Virus record (IMG/VR): IMGVR_UViG_3300045988_144418
Span: 37,631 to 101,630 of that record
Length of the DNA: 64,000 nt
Reading direction: 5' to 3' (one strand)
Source: a virus
Part shown: piece by piece, positions 45,029 through 52,462 of the stretch
Layout of the letters: every line of letters begins with the position of its first letter
How positions within the stretch are numbered: the first letter of the stretch is position 1
Position numbers and translations under genes: made by a program
Notes under the pieces: generated by a model
The model's database searches: none
What the model saw: the letters and a program-made list of their open reading frames with translations, nothing else
Told to the model about the DNA's origin: nothing

Positions 45029-45460
45029 ATGAAATACAGTATCTGGAAGAGAATAATGATGGTATTCAGTCCAAGGCGGCTGGAACAGGCCATCGATGAG
45101 GAAGTGCAGAGGGTGAACTTGGGGTGGCATAAGGTGTTGAACTCCATCTACACTGACAGACCTCTTGATCCCGACGTTACACCATTCGTGTCACGTCACG
45201 TGACCAAGGCTGGAATCTGGTGTAACGGCAAAAAATGGCGCAGAAGTGATGTCATGTTCCAGCAGAGATCCGGAGGGCAAGCAATGGACTTTAGTCCGGC
45301 TGTTATGCAGGAGTTCTGGGGTGAGGTTACAAAGGCGCTCGGTGCGTACATCCTGGAGCACGGCTATGGTCAGGTAGTGCTGTCCACCGATCCTATGGAC
45401 AGTAGGGTGAAGATTGCCAATGTACGGTTGAACGCCTATAATCCAGAGATAGATAGGTAA
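45029..45460 (+). CDS. hypothetical protein
   Basis: 143-aa ORF followed by a strong terminator. Confidence 0.45.
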   Translation: MKYSIWKRIMMVFSPRRLEQAIDEEVQRVNLGWHKVLNSIYTDRPLDPDVTPFVSRHVTKAGIWCNGKKWRRSDVMFQQRSGGQAMDFSPAVMQEFWGEVTKALGAYILEHGYGQVVLSTDPMDSRVKIANVRLNAYNPEIDR

Positions 45461-45496
45461 CTTTCCGCAAGTCCATTATCAAGTTTTATCAGTTGG

Positions 45497-45530
45497 AAAT
45501 GGTCAGAATGTATTTTCTGACCATTTTTAT
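45497..45530 (+). terminator. rho-independent terminator
   Basis: aaatggtcagaa-tgtatt-ttctgaccattt followed by ttat. Confidence 0.75.
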
Positions 45531-45549
45531 GAATTATCTGGAGTAATTC

Positions 45550-45580
45550 TTGGATATTCCAGGACGATTATGCAACTTTG
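45550..45580 (+). promoter_or_regulatory. conserved phage promoter, copy 5
   Basis: TTGGATATTCCAGGACGATTATG-CAACTTTG. Confidence 0.55.
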
Positions 45581-45607
45581 CATTCGTAATTAAAAACACA
45601 CTGAACA

Positions 45608-45922
45608 ATGAAGTCACTAAAGAAATTATTGATGAATCTTTTGACTAAACCTGTGTCGGATCACGTCTACATGAACGGCAAGTCAGTCAAGGAAAAGCTG
45701 GAACTGATAGCCAGAGCGCACACAATCTACTTCAGTAGGGTTAATCTCATAAACTATGAGGCCACCGTGCGTGGGTGGTTTGAAGCCGCTGGGTTTGTGG
45801 TGCGGCAGAGCTATTCTAATATCACACCGTTCACGGCCAGAATCACCGTTAACCTCTTCTATCCGAACGGTGATGGCAGCGTGATGTCACATATTGTGGA
45901 GCTGTTTACCAGAACTGCATAG
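45608..45922 (+). CDS. hypothetical protein
   Basis: 104-aa ORF downstream of a promoter motif. Confidence 0.45.
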   Translation: MKSLKKLLMNLLTKPVSDHVYMNGKSVKEKLELIARAHTIYFSRVNLINYEATVRGWFEAAGFVVRQSYSNITPFTARITVNLFYPNGDGSVMSHIVELFTRTA

Positions 45923-45924
45923 AT

Positions 45925-46524
45925 ATGGCATACGTTATGAAGAGAACAAGGAGGGAAGCGGACTTCTTTCTTGTGCAGAGGGCAATCTGCGGTGATCAGT
46001 CCGCCTACACCAAGATATATGAGGACTATCAGAAGTCCGTTCGATATGTTGTGACCAAAATTTTATATAGAAGACCGATGGAAGTGGAGGATGTGTGCAT
46101 GGAGACGTTCGAGAGGGCGTTCTCCCTACTGCACAGATTTCAGCCTGACTATCAGCTATCGGCTTGGCTTGTGAGGATAGCGTCCAACAGAGCGCTGGAC
46201 TGTCTACGGAGGGGCAATAGACTGGACGTCACGGCTGATGATGACAGCCCTGTTCTGGAGTTGCAACTGATGGATGACGCACCTCTTCCCATGGAGCAGG
46301 TGGAACGTACACAGGACATCTCCTATCTGAACAGTCTTATGGAGGAGCTTCCAGACAATGAGCGTGACGCACTTCGCATGAGATGTCTGGACGGCCTTTC
46401 AAGCGACGAGTGCGCAGAGCAGATGGGAACCACCAGACGCACGGTGCGTCACTCCGTGCGTGACGGCATACACCACCTGAAGAGTATGGTGGACAAGACT
46501 GATGTTGAACTTAGAAGCAAATAG
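45925..46524 (+). CDS. ECF-type sigma-70 family RNA polymerase sigma factor
   Basis: Region 2: VEDVCMETFERAFSLLHRFQPDYQLSAWLVRIASNRALDCLRR. Region 4: LPDNERDALRMRCLDGLSSDECAEQMGTTRRTVRHSVRDG. Confidence 0.8.
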   Translation: MAYVMKRTRREADFFLVQRAICGDQSAYTKIYEDYQKSVRYVVTKILYRRPMEVEDVCMETFERAFSLLHRFQPDYQLSAWLVRIASNRALDCLRRGNRLDVTADDDSPVLELQLMDDAPLPMEQVERTQDISYLNSLMEELPDNERDALRMRCLDGLSSDECAEQMGTTRRTVRHSVRDGIHHLKSMVDKTDVELRSK

Positions 46525-46530
46525 TGTGTT

Positions 46531-46833
46531 ATGGCAACAAATGGAATGGACTCTCTTGTGCGCAGAATAAGGCAGGGGGCAGGTGTCGTGGTGGATCGCG
46601 GCACATTAAGGTGTGACTGGATTGAGGGTGGCAGCAACGGAGTGCAGACGTTCTTCATGACGGCTGAGGAGCTGGAGGCCTTTAACGAGAGGCAGATGAA
46701 GAAATTTGGGCGTATAAATCTACGAACGCTGCAAACAGAGCACTGGGTGAAGGATCACTGGGAGGTGGATGAGGATGGGGAGCCGACCGCCAATGATATG
46801 GAGGACACTGACTATGATGAGGAAAATGAATAG
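46531..46833 (+). CDS. hypothetical protein with acidic C-terminal tail
   Basis: 100 aa, immediately after the sigma factor. An anti-sigma or partner role is speculative. Confidence 0.45.
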   Translation: MATNGMDSLVRRIRQGAGVVVDRGTLRCDWIEGGSNGVQTFFMTAEELEAFNERQMKKFGRINLRTLQTEHWVKDHWEVDEDGEPTANDMEDTDYDEENE

Positions 46834-47299
46834 TATGGATCCACGTGTGGAAGCCGTTCGGCAGTCCATAGACAAGAGCTCCATTCCTGAGGAGATGGCT
46901 TCCTGCATGGTTATGGCCACAGCCATGGAGACAGTGATGAATGACGTCATGGAACGCATCAGGATGAAATACAAGGCCGTGGGTCTGGATGTTAGGCGCA
47001 ATGACGTGCTCAAGGGGCTGAAAGGCTACTGTCAGGCCGTGAAGACGGCTGGATACTGGTTTGATAGAGAGGTTGAGCCGAGAAACGTTGAGTGTACCTT
47101 TGGAACATACGGAACGGCCTCCTCCTATGACGGCTTTCGCGCAAGATGCGGTGAGGTGGCAGAGCTGATGTCCATGATTGTGCAGGCAAGCAAGGATCCC
47201 TCCGCAATGGAGAAAATTAGAGATGCAGCGAGAGAGGCCGCTCGTGACCGAGGAGTTACCCTTGAGGACTGGACAAGACTGCATCTAAGGACGGATTAA
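46826..47299 (+). CDS. hypothetical protein
   Basis: Track ORF 46769..47299. The start is uncertain, with in-frame ATGs at 46769, 46826 and 46835; 46826 gives an 8-nt overlap. Confidence 0.4.
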   Translation: MNSMDPRVEAVRQSIDKSSIPEEMASCMVMATAMETVMNDVMERIRMKYKAVGLDVRRNDVLKGLKGYCQAVKTAGYWFDREVEPRNVECTFGTYGTASSYDGFRARCGEVAELMSMIVQASKDPSAMEKIRDAAREAARDRGVTLEDWTRLHLRTD

Positions 47300-47871
47300 T
47301 GACTAACATTATAAAAAGGAGAATTATGAACTTTTACGAGGCAGCGATAAGGACGGTCTGCACGGCCTATGACATAACACCGGAGGTGTTGAGGGGGGAT
47401 CGCAGAGATGAGCGAATAGTTGAGGCACGAAAGTGGTACTGCCTACTCACGACGCCACGACCCCTGGAGAGGTCAGGCAGATACATCAATCGTGATCACG
47501 CCACCGTTCTGCACCACAGAAGAGAGATGCGTGAGGCCATAGGCATCTATCCTCTCCATGAGGAAAGATGGCGTGTGATGAAGCGCCTATTCAACAGCAT
47601 TCTTGTGGAGGAACGAATGAATGGGTGTCACGTGGGTGTGAAGGAATACAGGGCTGAATGGAGAAACTATCAGGATCTACTGTCAGCCGCTGAGAATGCG
47701 AGACATAGACTGGAGGAGCTGTCCACGGCCGTCACGGGGGAGCCGTGCGTGGTGTGTGAGAACGGTGACGGTGGATTCCATGTGGTGAAAGTGAGGGACA
47801 GGATTGGCAGACCGCTGCCGTTGGTCTATATGCTGAACGTCATAAGGAGGAGAGATGGACAACCAATATAA
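47299..47871 (+). CDS. DnaA C-terminal-domain-like helix-turn-helix DNA-binding protein
   Basis: ITPEVLRGDRRDERIVEARKWYCLL...GRYINRDHATVLHHRREM matches DnaA domain IV (..R...i..aRq.amyL......iG..f.rDHtTVlha). Confidence 0.6.
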   Translation: MTNIIKRRIMNFYEAAIRTVCTAYDITPEVLRGDRRDERIVEARKWYCLLTTPRPLERSGRYINRDHATVLHHRREMREAIGIYPLHEERWRVMKRLFNSILVEERMNGCHVGVKEYRAEWRNYQDLLSAAENARHRLEELSTAVTGEPCVVCENGDGGFHVVKVRDRIGRPLPLVYMLNVIRRRDGQPI

Positions 47872-47883
47872 AGAAAAGAAGCC

Positions 47884-48270
47884 ATGAATATTGATGAATG
47901 TATTAAGATTCTGGATGCCGTAAGGCAGCAGAAGCCTGTTGAGTATCGCTTTAGGGGTGATGATGTCTGGAAGGACTTGCTGATGGAGGATTCTCGGATG
48001 GATAACGTGACCCTGAACTTCCACAAGAAGGAATACAGGTTGAAGAAGCCCATCAGGTATAGATCCTACACCGGAGTGGACGAGTTTGTGAATGAGGCCT
48101 GTAATCATGAGTGTATGCTTATGAGAAGGAGAGATACAGGGGTAGTTCTTGTTCCATCCACAATCACCAATGACGGTGTTCAGTGCGGTGATTATTACAT
48201 CAATTATTCCGAGCTTCTGGATAGGGTGGTGTGGTATGACGATGGAACGCCTGTGGGGATGAAGATATAG
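47884..48270 (+). CDS. hypothetical protein
   Basis: 128-aa ORF, followed by the terminator at 48341-48388. Confidence 0.45.
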   Translation: MNIDECIKILDAVRQQKPVEYRFRGDDVWKDLLMEDSRMDNVTLNFHKKEYRLKKPIRYRSYTGVDEFVNEACNHECMLMRRRDTGVVLVPSTITNDGVQCGDYYINYSELLDRVVWYDDGTPVGMKI

Positions 48271-48340
48271 AGTAGAGACAGGTGCATAATTAAATCTTAT
48301 CACCCTCGATAAGCAGAACTTATAGTTGATCATAATTGAT

Positions 48341-48388
48341 AGACACACAGAGAATCCGGAGATTGGTCTTGACCCTGTGTGTCTTTTC
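48341..48388 (+). terminator. rho-independent terminator (long loop)
   Basis: agacacacag...ctgtgtgtct followed by tttc. Confidence 0.55.
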
Positions 48389-48414
48389 GTGTGAACTCCG
48401 TAGGATGTTCACAC
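48389..48414 (+). other. hairpin (8-bp stem)
   Basis: gtgtgaac-tccgtaggat-gttcacac. Confidence 0.6.
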
Positions 48415-48416
48415 AT

Positions 48417-48439
48417 GGAACGTTCGAACAGAACGTTCC
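48417..48439 (+). other. hairpin / palindrome (9-bp stem)
   Basis: ggaacgttc-gaaca-gaacgttcc. Confidence 0.6.
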
Positions 48440-49131
48440 CCAACTCCCTGATATTCAGAACACTTCACTATTTCTATGATAAGCATTTCTTATAATGGGT
48501 GATAATCCTTCCTTATATGGAGCACTTGAATACAGGCATTGAGGGTGTGGAGGTGAATGACATCAAGGGAGAGGGTTCAGTCAGGAGACTCGGTTTAGGA
48601 GGGTATGGAATGGGTTTAGGAGGAGAGGGTCGGTTGGGGTGTATTGATTCAGGTTCAGTATGGGGTATCTTGAGGTCGGTTTGGATTGAGAGGTTCTGGG
48701 TATTTAGAGCCGTGCGGAACCATCCGCTCCCAAATCCCTTTCGCTCACGTCGTGGCTGTTTTCGGGCGAAATTAGCCGATGACAGGGTGCTTCCGACATG
48801 GATGCACCACCTATGAGCGGCCAGTTCCCTAAACTCCGGGATTTTCGGTACTTAACGGAAGCTCATCGGGATAGGCGGATGCCGAGATTTTGTGAAAAAC
48901 TGGGTGTGAAAATGCCGTGAAAAATATAATTCGCTGATAATGAGTGACTGATTTCAAATGTTAAGTGGTTGATACCAAAATCCCGGAGAGTATTAAAACG
49001 AAATTAAGCAAAAATCCCGAAATTACGTAAAATGTTAAGCAGTTTTTGAAGTCCGTTCCTATAACTCCACTCAGGTATCCCGAGTTATGATGATTAAAAT
49101 TGTAAGTAATAGAATTTTCGTGAAAACTTCA

Positions 49132-49161
49132 TTGGATATTCAAGAAAATACACCAACTTTG
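49132..49161 (+). promoter_or_regulatory. conserved phage promoter, copy 6
   Basis: TTGGATATTCAAGAAAATACAC-CAACTTTG, with the leader gtaatcgttaaaatcattaaa. Confidence 0.6.
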
Positions 49162-49189
49162 CACCGTAATCGTTAAAATCATTAAAATT

Positions 49190-49453
49190 ATGGATGCACA
49201 GAAACAACTTCAGGAGCGTATCAGATGTTCCGAAGCTTTGATTAAGGGGCTGGATTTGCAGATTAGTCAAAAAATCAACGAACTTCATAATCTGCAGAGC
49301 CGTATGGTAAGGAATAGGGATAGGCTTGCTGCCATCAGGGACGCAAGGGGCGGCATCTACGATAAGTGGTATCGGCATCATAGGGAGGACAATTTTGCAT
49401 ACGACACACAGTGGGAAATAGAGAAAGGGCTTATGTTGTTAGAGGGGGTATGA
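49190..49453 (+). CDS. hypothetical coiled-coil protein
   Basis: 87-aa ORF right after a promoter plus leader motif. Confidence 0.5.
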   Translation: MDAQKQLQERIRCSEALIKGLDLQISQKINELHNLQSRMVRNRDRLAAIRDARGGIYDKWYRHHREDNFAYDTQWEIEKGLMLLEGV

Positions 49454-49506
49454 GGGTGAATTCAAGGTTGTGGAGGGGTAATAACTTTTGCTTATAATTA
49501 AAACTT

Positions 49507-49689
49507 ATGGATATGACACAGAAGGAACGAAACGCACACATCGTACGAAATGCGGTGGCCACGTCGGACACCGTCACAATACGTCTCGGGGATGGAACCG
49601 AGCTCTGCTTCTATCGCAGCCAAGCCTTGGCTGCACGGCAGTTCAGGGAGGAACTCGGCAGAATAGTGGAACAGTATCTATTGGCATGA
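49507..49689 (+). CDS. hypothetical small protein
   Basis: 60 aa with protein-like composition. Preferred over the overlapping frame 49488..49700, which is Gly/Arg/His junk. Confidence 0.4.
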   Translation: MDMTQKERNAHIVRNAVATSDTVTIRLGDGTELCFYRSQALAARQFREELGRIVEQYLLA

Positions 49690-49711
49690 CAAACCTATAA
49701 TCAGAATCTAT

Positions 49712-49876
49712 ATGAACACACCTACATGGAGAATCTCCTGGTTGGAGAAAGGGTCAGAGGTCGTTCACACGACACGCCTCACAAGACAGTGCAGTCGTAT
49801 TGAAGCGGAGCGGTACATAAAGAGAATAAGGCCGGACATTGTGTGGTGTGAGGTCGTTCTCGAGGGTATAAGGTAG
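49712..49876 (+). CDS. hypothetical small protein (54 aa, below the track's length cutoff)
   Basis: My own translation: MNTPTWRISWLEKGSEVVHTTRLTRQCSRIEAERYIKRIRPDIVWCEVVLEGIR*. It fills an otherwise empty gap on the coding strand. Confidence 0.3.
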   Translation: MNTPTWRISWLEKGSEVVHTTRLTRQCSRIEAERYIKRIRPDIVWCEVVLEGIR

Positions 49877-49904
49877 AACTGATGAGTGGAGAGCCTTGCT
49901 TCTC

Positions 49905-49926
49905 CATTTATCATATATGATAAATG
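49905..49926. promoter_or_regulatory. 22-bp perfect palindrome, candidate operator
   Basis: catttatcata|tatgataaatg, ending 4 nt before the ATG at 49931. Confidence 0.5.
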
Positions 49927-49930
49927 AAAA

Positions 49931-50164
49931 ATGAACGATAGGAAATATTGCTGTGCAAGTTGCAGACACTGGGAGCCAGGAGATTCGTGGAGAACCACTC
50001 CCATAGGTATGGAACGCAGGGTTCCAACGGCTATTATGGCACAGGGCACGTGTCATGTCACGGATAGACCCTATGGACGAATGAACTATATGAAGCCCTG
50101 TAAGAGATTCGAATGCAGACTATATGAAAATCTAGGATTAATTTCACGAAATTTTCAGAAATAG
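49931..50164 (+). CDS. hypothetical Cys-rich small protein
   Basis: 77 aa (CCASCRHW...C...C..C), preceded by a 22-bp perfect palindrome. Confidence 0.45.
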   Translation: MNDRKYCCASCRHWEPGDSWRTTPIGMERRVPTAIMAQGTCHVTDRPYGRMNYMKPCKRFECRLYENLGLISRNFQK

Positions 50165-50166
50165 TC

Positions 50167-50197
50167 TTGGAAGATTCAAGAAATAGCCCCAACTTTG
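50167..50197 (+). promoter_or_regulatory. conserved phage promoter, copy 7
   Basis: TTGGAAGATTCAAGAAATAGCCC-CAACTTTG. Confidence 0.55.
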
Positions 50198-50260
50198 TAT
50201 CGTTGGTTCAGTTGAGCGCTGCCAACAAGGGTTAAAGTTTAATATCTAAATCATTTCGTT

Positions 50261-50767
50261 ATGAACGCTACAATCATTCTTCCGGACGTCGATCAGTCAT
50301 TCAGGTCACACATTCTCGCCAAGGACAAGACGGCTATGAAATATGTTACCACGGCACAGATTCAGAGAGAGCTTCACCTTTTATATGAGGCAGTTCGCAA
50401 AGCTGGGGCAAACATTATCATACCACGCAGAGAGGTGAAGTCCAAGACTGATCTTATGGACATATACGGCTGTTTCTATAGGGAATGCGAGAAGTATAAT
50501 GCGGAGGTTCTGGCTGAGCGTCAGGCCAAGGTGGAGCAGGAATCAGCGGAAAGGGCACTGAAGTCATCCAATAGGCACGAGCGTAAGGCCGCACGTCTGA
50601 GTGACGCTGAGGAAAGGTTCACACGTTACAGCGAAGAGCTTGCCAAGCGTGAGGCAGGAGACATGATGGGGCTGGACGCAAAGGGGCAGAAGCATCGCAT
50701 AGCCAGTCTGAAGCGTAAGATTGCTCGTGCTGAAGCGAGCCTGAAGAAACTTCAGGAGAATTCATAG
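50261..50767 (+). CDS. hypothetical protein
   Basis: 168 aa. The C-terminal helix SLKRKIARAEASLKKLQ is paralogous to the end of the next gene. Confidence 0.5.
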   Translation: MNATIILPDVDQSFRSHILAKDKTAMKYVTTAQIQRELHLLYEAVRKAGANIIIPRREVKSKTDLMDIYGCFYRECEKYNAEVLAERQAKVEQESAERALKSSNRHERKAARLSDAEERFTRYSEELAKREAGDMMGLDAKGQKHRIASLKRKIARAEASLKKLQENS

Positions 50768-50775
50768 GGTGGTTC

Positions 50776-50806
50776 TTGGATATTCCAGAAATTCACCCCA
50801 ACTTTG
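50776..50806 (+). promoter_or_regulatory. conserved phage promoter, copy 8
   Basis: TTGGATATTCCAGAAATTCACCC-CAACTTTG, with the leader gtaatcgttaaatcatt. Confidence 0.6.
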
Positions 50807-50835
50807 TGGGCGTAATCGTTAAATCATTATTAACT

Positions 50836-51405
50836 ATGGCAGCAGCATCAAAGTCAATCGCTATTCAGCAGTCGTTTCTTGATCTCGGTCTTACGGCAAG
50901 CGAGATTCAGTTCATAAAGGATGTTATCCTTAACGGCTATTGGGGTGACGCCTCCATTGAAATCAACGGTGCCGTCGTACTGTCTAATGGGTACATCATC
51001 AATAATAATCAAGTCTATGGGACTTATAAGGGCAAGCAGGTAAGTGGTTATGCAAGCAGCGTGTCCAGAAAATTGGACGCTCATCAATGTTCGTTTATGA
51101 AGCACTGCCCTGACTACTGGGGAGACGGTGGCGGAGATGTCTTCTTCTTTTCAGAAGCCTTTGCCTCCTATGACGAACTGATGAAGTGGGCAAAGTCATC
51201 CACCAAAGCCGAAAGGCTTGAGCGTAAGCACAATGAGCGCATCAAGGCCGTTGAGGATAGGCGTGACAGCTATATGGCCGAGTTCTATAAGTGTCAGGAC
51301 AGGAAGCGCAACGCATCCCTGTTGCGCAAGATAGCCAGAGCGGAAGCCAGACTGGAGGTGCTCCGCTCCATTGACGGCCTGTTTAGGAAACCTGAAGAAA
51401 AGTAG
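50836..51405 (+). CDS. hypothetical protein
   Basis: The track start at 50776 is a TTG inside the promoter; first ATG is at 50836 (MAAASKS). C-terminal helix: LLRKIARAEARLEVLRS. Confidence 0.5.
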   Translation: MAAASKSIAIQQSFLDLGLTASEIQFIKDVILNGYWGDASIEINGAVVLSNGYIINNNQVYGTYKGKQVSGYASSVSRKLDAHQCSFMKHCPDYWGDGGGDVFFFSEAFASYDELMKWAKSSTKAERLERKHNERIKAVEDRRDSYMAEFYKCQDRKRNASLLRKIARAEARLEVLRSIDGLFRKPEEK

Positions 51406-51414
51406 AGAAGTTCC

Positions 51415-51443
51415 TGGGAAATCCAGGACTCCCTTATATTTGC
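51415..51443 (+). promoter_or_regulatory. conserved phage promoter, copy 9 (variant)
   Basis: CTGGGAAATCCAGGACTCCCT-TATATTTG, with the leader gtaatcattaattca. Confidence 0.55.
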
Positions 51444-51469
51444 ATCGTAATCATTAATTCATACACGTT

Positions 51470-52369
51470 ATGTCACATTTCAACAGCATCACATCGTTTC
51501 AGAATCTCAAGGATCAGTACAGAATCCTTGCTATGGCCAACCACCCTGACAGGGGCGGTGACACAGCCACTATGCAGGAGATCAATGCCGAATACAGCCG
51601 CCTGTACGCCATCTGGGTGAACAGGATAGAGGACGCAAACGTTCGCCCCACGATGACGGCCGAGCAGTCCATCCACCACTTCTACACGCAGAACGGATGG
51701 GAGGGTTCCAACTATGACTCCAGTCTCAGCACCAAGGACATCGCCGCTCTGGTTCGTGAATACTGCAAGCAGAACTGGAATCAGTGGAAGTTCTCTATCA
51801 GATGCCACTTTGCCTCCATGTGCAGCGAAATTAGGGTATATCTTCAGGGTGGCCCGATAGCTTCAGGTCTGGTCGGGGAGCAGGGTGAATGCTGTCAGGA
51901 GTTCGGCTACCAGACGAGATACCAATACAGAAGTGAGCGTGACGACAGGGTGGCACCTGAGGCGGAGATTGTGATGCAGGACGTCATCGCCTACCTTAAA
52001 TCCTTCAACTATTACGACAGTGACAGTATGATCGACTACTTCGACACGAACTTCTATCTGTCTGAATACATCGCTGGCAGCAAGGAATGGAAGCACGTCC
52101 AGAGACAGGCTCGCATCACAGCCCCACAACCTACACCGAGTGAGGAACAGGCCTCAGCCCCAGGCCTTGGCGAGGGTGTGGACATCATCACCTATTCTGA
52201 CAGGGCTCTGGCCGTGGTGGGGGATACCAAGCCGCTGAGAGCACGCCTGAAGGAGCTCAAGGGTCGCTTCAATCCAGGCCTGACGGTGGATGGTGTTAGG
52301 AGGGCTGGATGGGTGTTCAGCGCAAAGACCTACACGGTTGACACCCTGAGACAGGCGATATTCGCCTGA
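51470..52369 (+). CDS. J-domain (DnaJ-like) protein with unrelated C-terminal domain
   Basis: N-terminal J domain LKDQYRILAMANHPDRGGDTATMQEINAEYSRLY (HPD motif). No DnaJ zinc finger or G/F region. Confidence 0.7.
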   Translation: MSHFNSITSFQNLKDQYRILAMANHPDRGGDTATMQEINAEYSRLYAIWVNRIEDANVRPTMTAEQSIHHFYTQNGWEGSNYDSSLSTKDIAALVREYCKQNWNQWKFSIRCHFASMCSEIRVYLQGGPIASGLVGEQGECCQEFGYQTRYQYRSERDDRVAPEAEIVMQDVIAYLKSFNYYDSDSMIDYFDTNFYLSEYIAGSKEWKHVQRQARITAPQPTPSEEQASAPGLGEGVDIITYSDRALAVVGDTKPLRARLKELKGRFNPGLTVDGVRRAGWVFSAKTYTVDTLRQAIFA

Positions 52370-52462
52370 ATTTGCGTTAAAATCACGAAAATTAGGAGGT
52401 GTTGCTCCCCATCTGATACATCCGGCAGGACACACCTCCACAATCGTAAATAATGACACAAT

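Larger units (their letters stand above)
48271..49189. other. ORF-free, hairpin- and repeat-rich intergenic region (candidate origin, packaging or ncRNA locus)
   Basis: No credible ORF. It contains three consecutive hairpins (48341-48439), a C-depleted G/T-rich tract (48541-48710), repeated GTGAAAA, AAATGTTAAG and AAAATCCCG(G/A) / CCGGGATTTT motifs (48833-49085), and then promoter copy 49132. Confidence 0.6.

Noticed and set aside
48417-48439. GGAACGTTCGAACAGAACGTTCC as a Bacteroides Mpi-type invertase site. From memory, the consensus ARACGTWCGT flanks invertible promoters.
   Set aside because: Only one local palindrome is present, with no distant inverted partner in the window. The resemblance is short and recalled from memory, so it is probably just a hairpin.
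48499-48816. 105-aa + strand ORF in the large intergenic region.
   Set aside because: It has a non-ATG start, and its Gly/Leu/Arg/Trp-rich translation is produced by the C-depleted G/T tract. It lacks the initiation motifs seen at real genes, so I treat the region as non-coding.
49488-49700. 70-aa ORF overlapping 49507..49689 in another frame.
   Set aside because: Its translation is Gly/Arg/His/Thr-rich junk. The 60-aa frame has protein-like composition and an ATG start.
52395-52439. ggaggtgt ... acacctcc stem after the J-domain gene as a terminator.
   Set aside because: The loop is 29 nt and no T-tract follows, so the case is too weak to list as a terminator.
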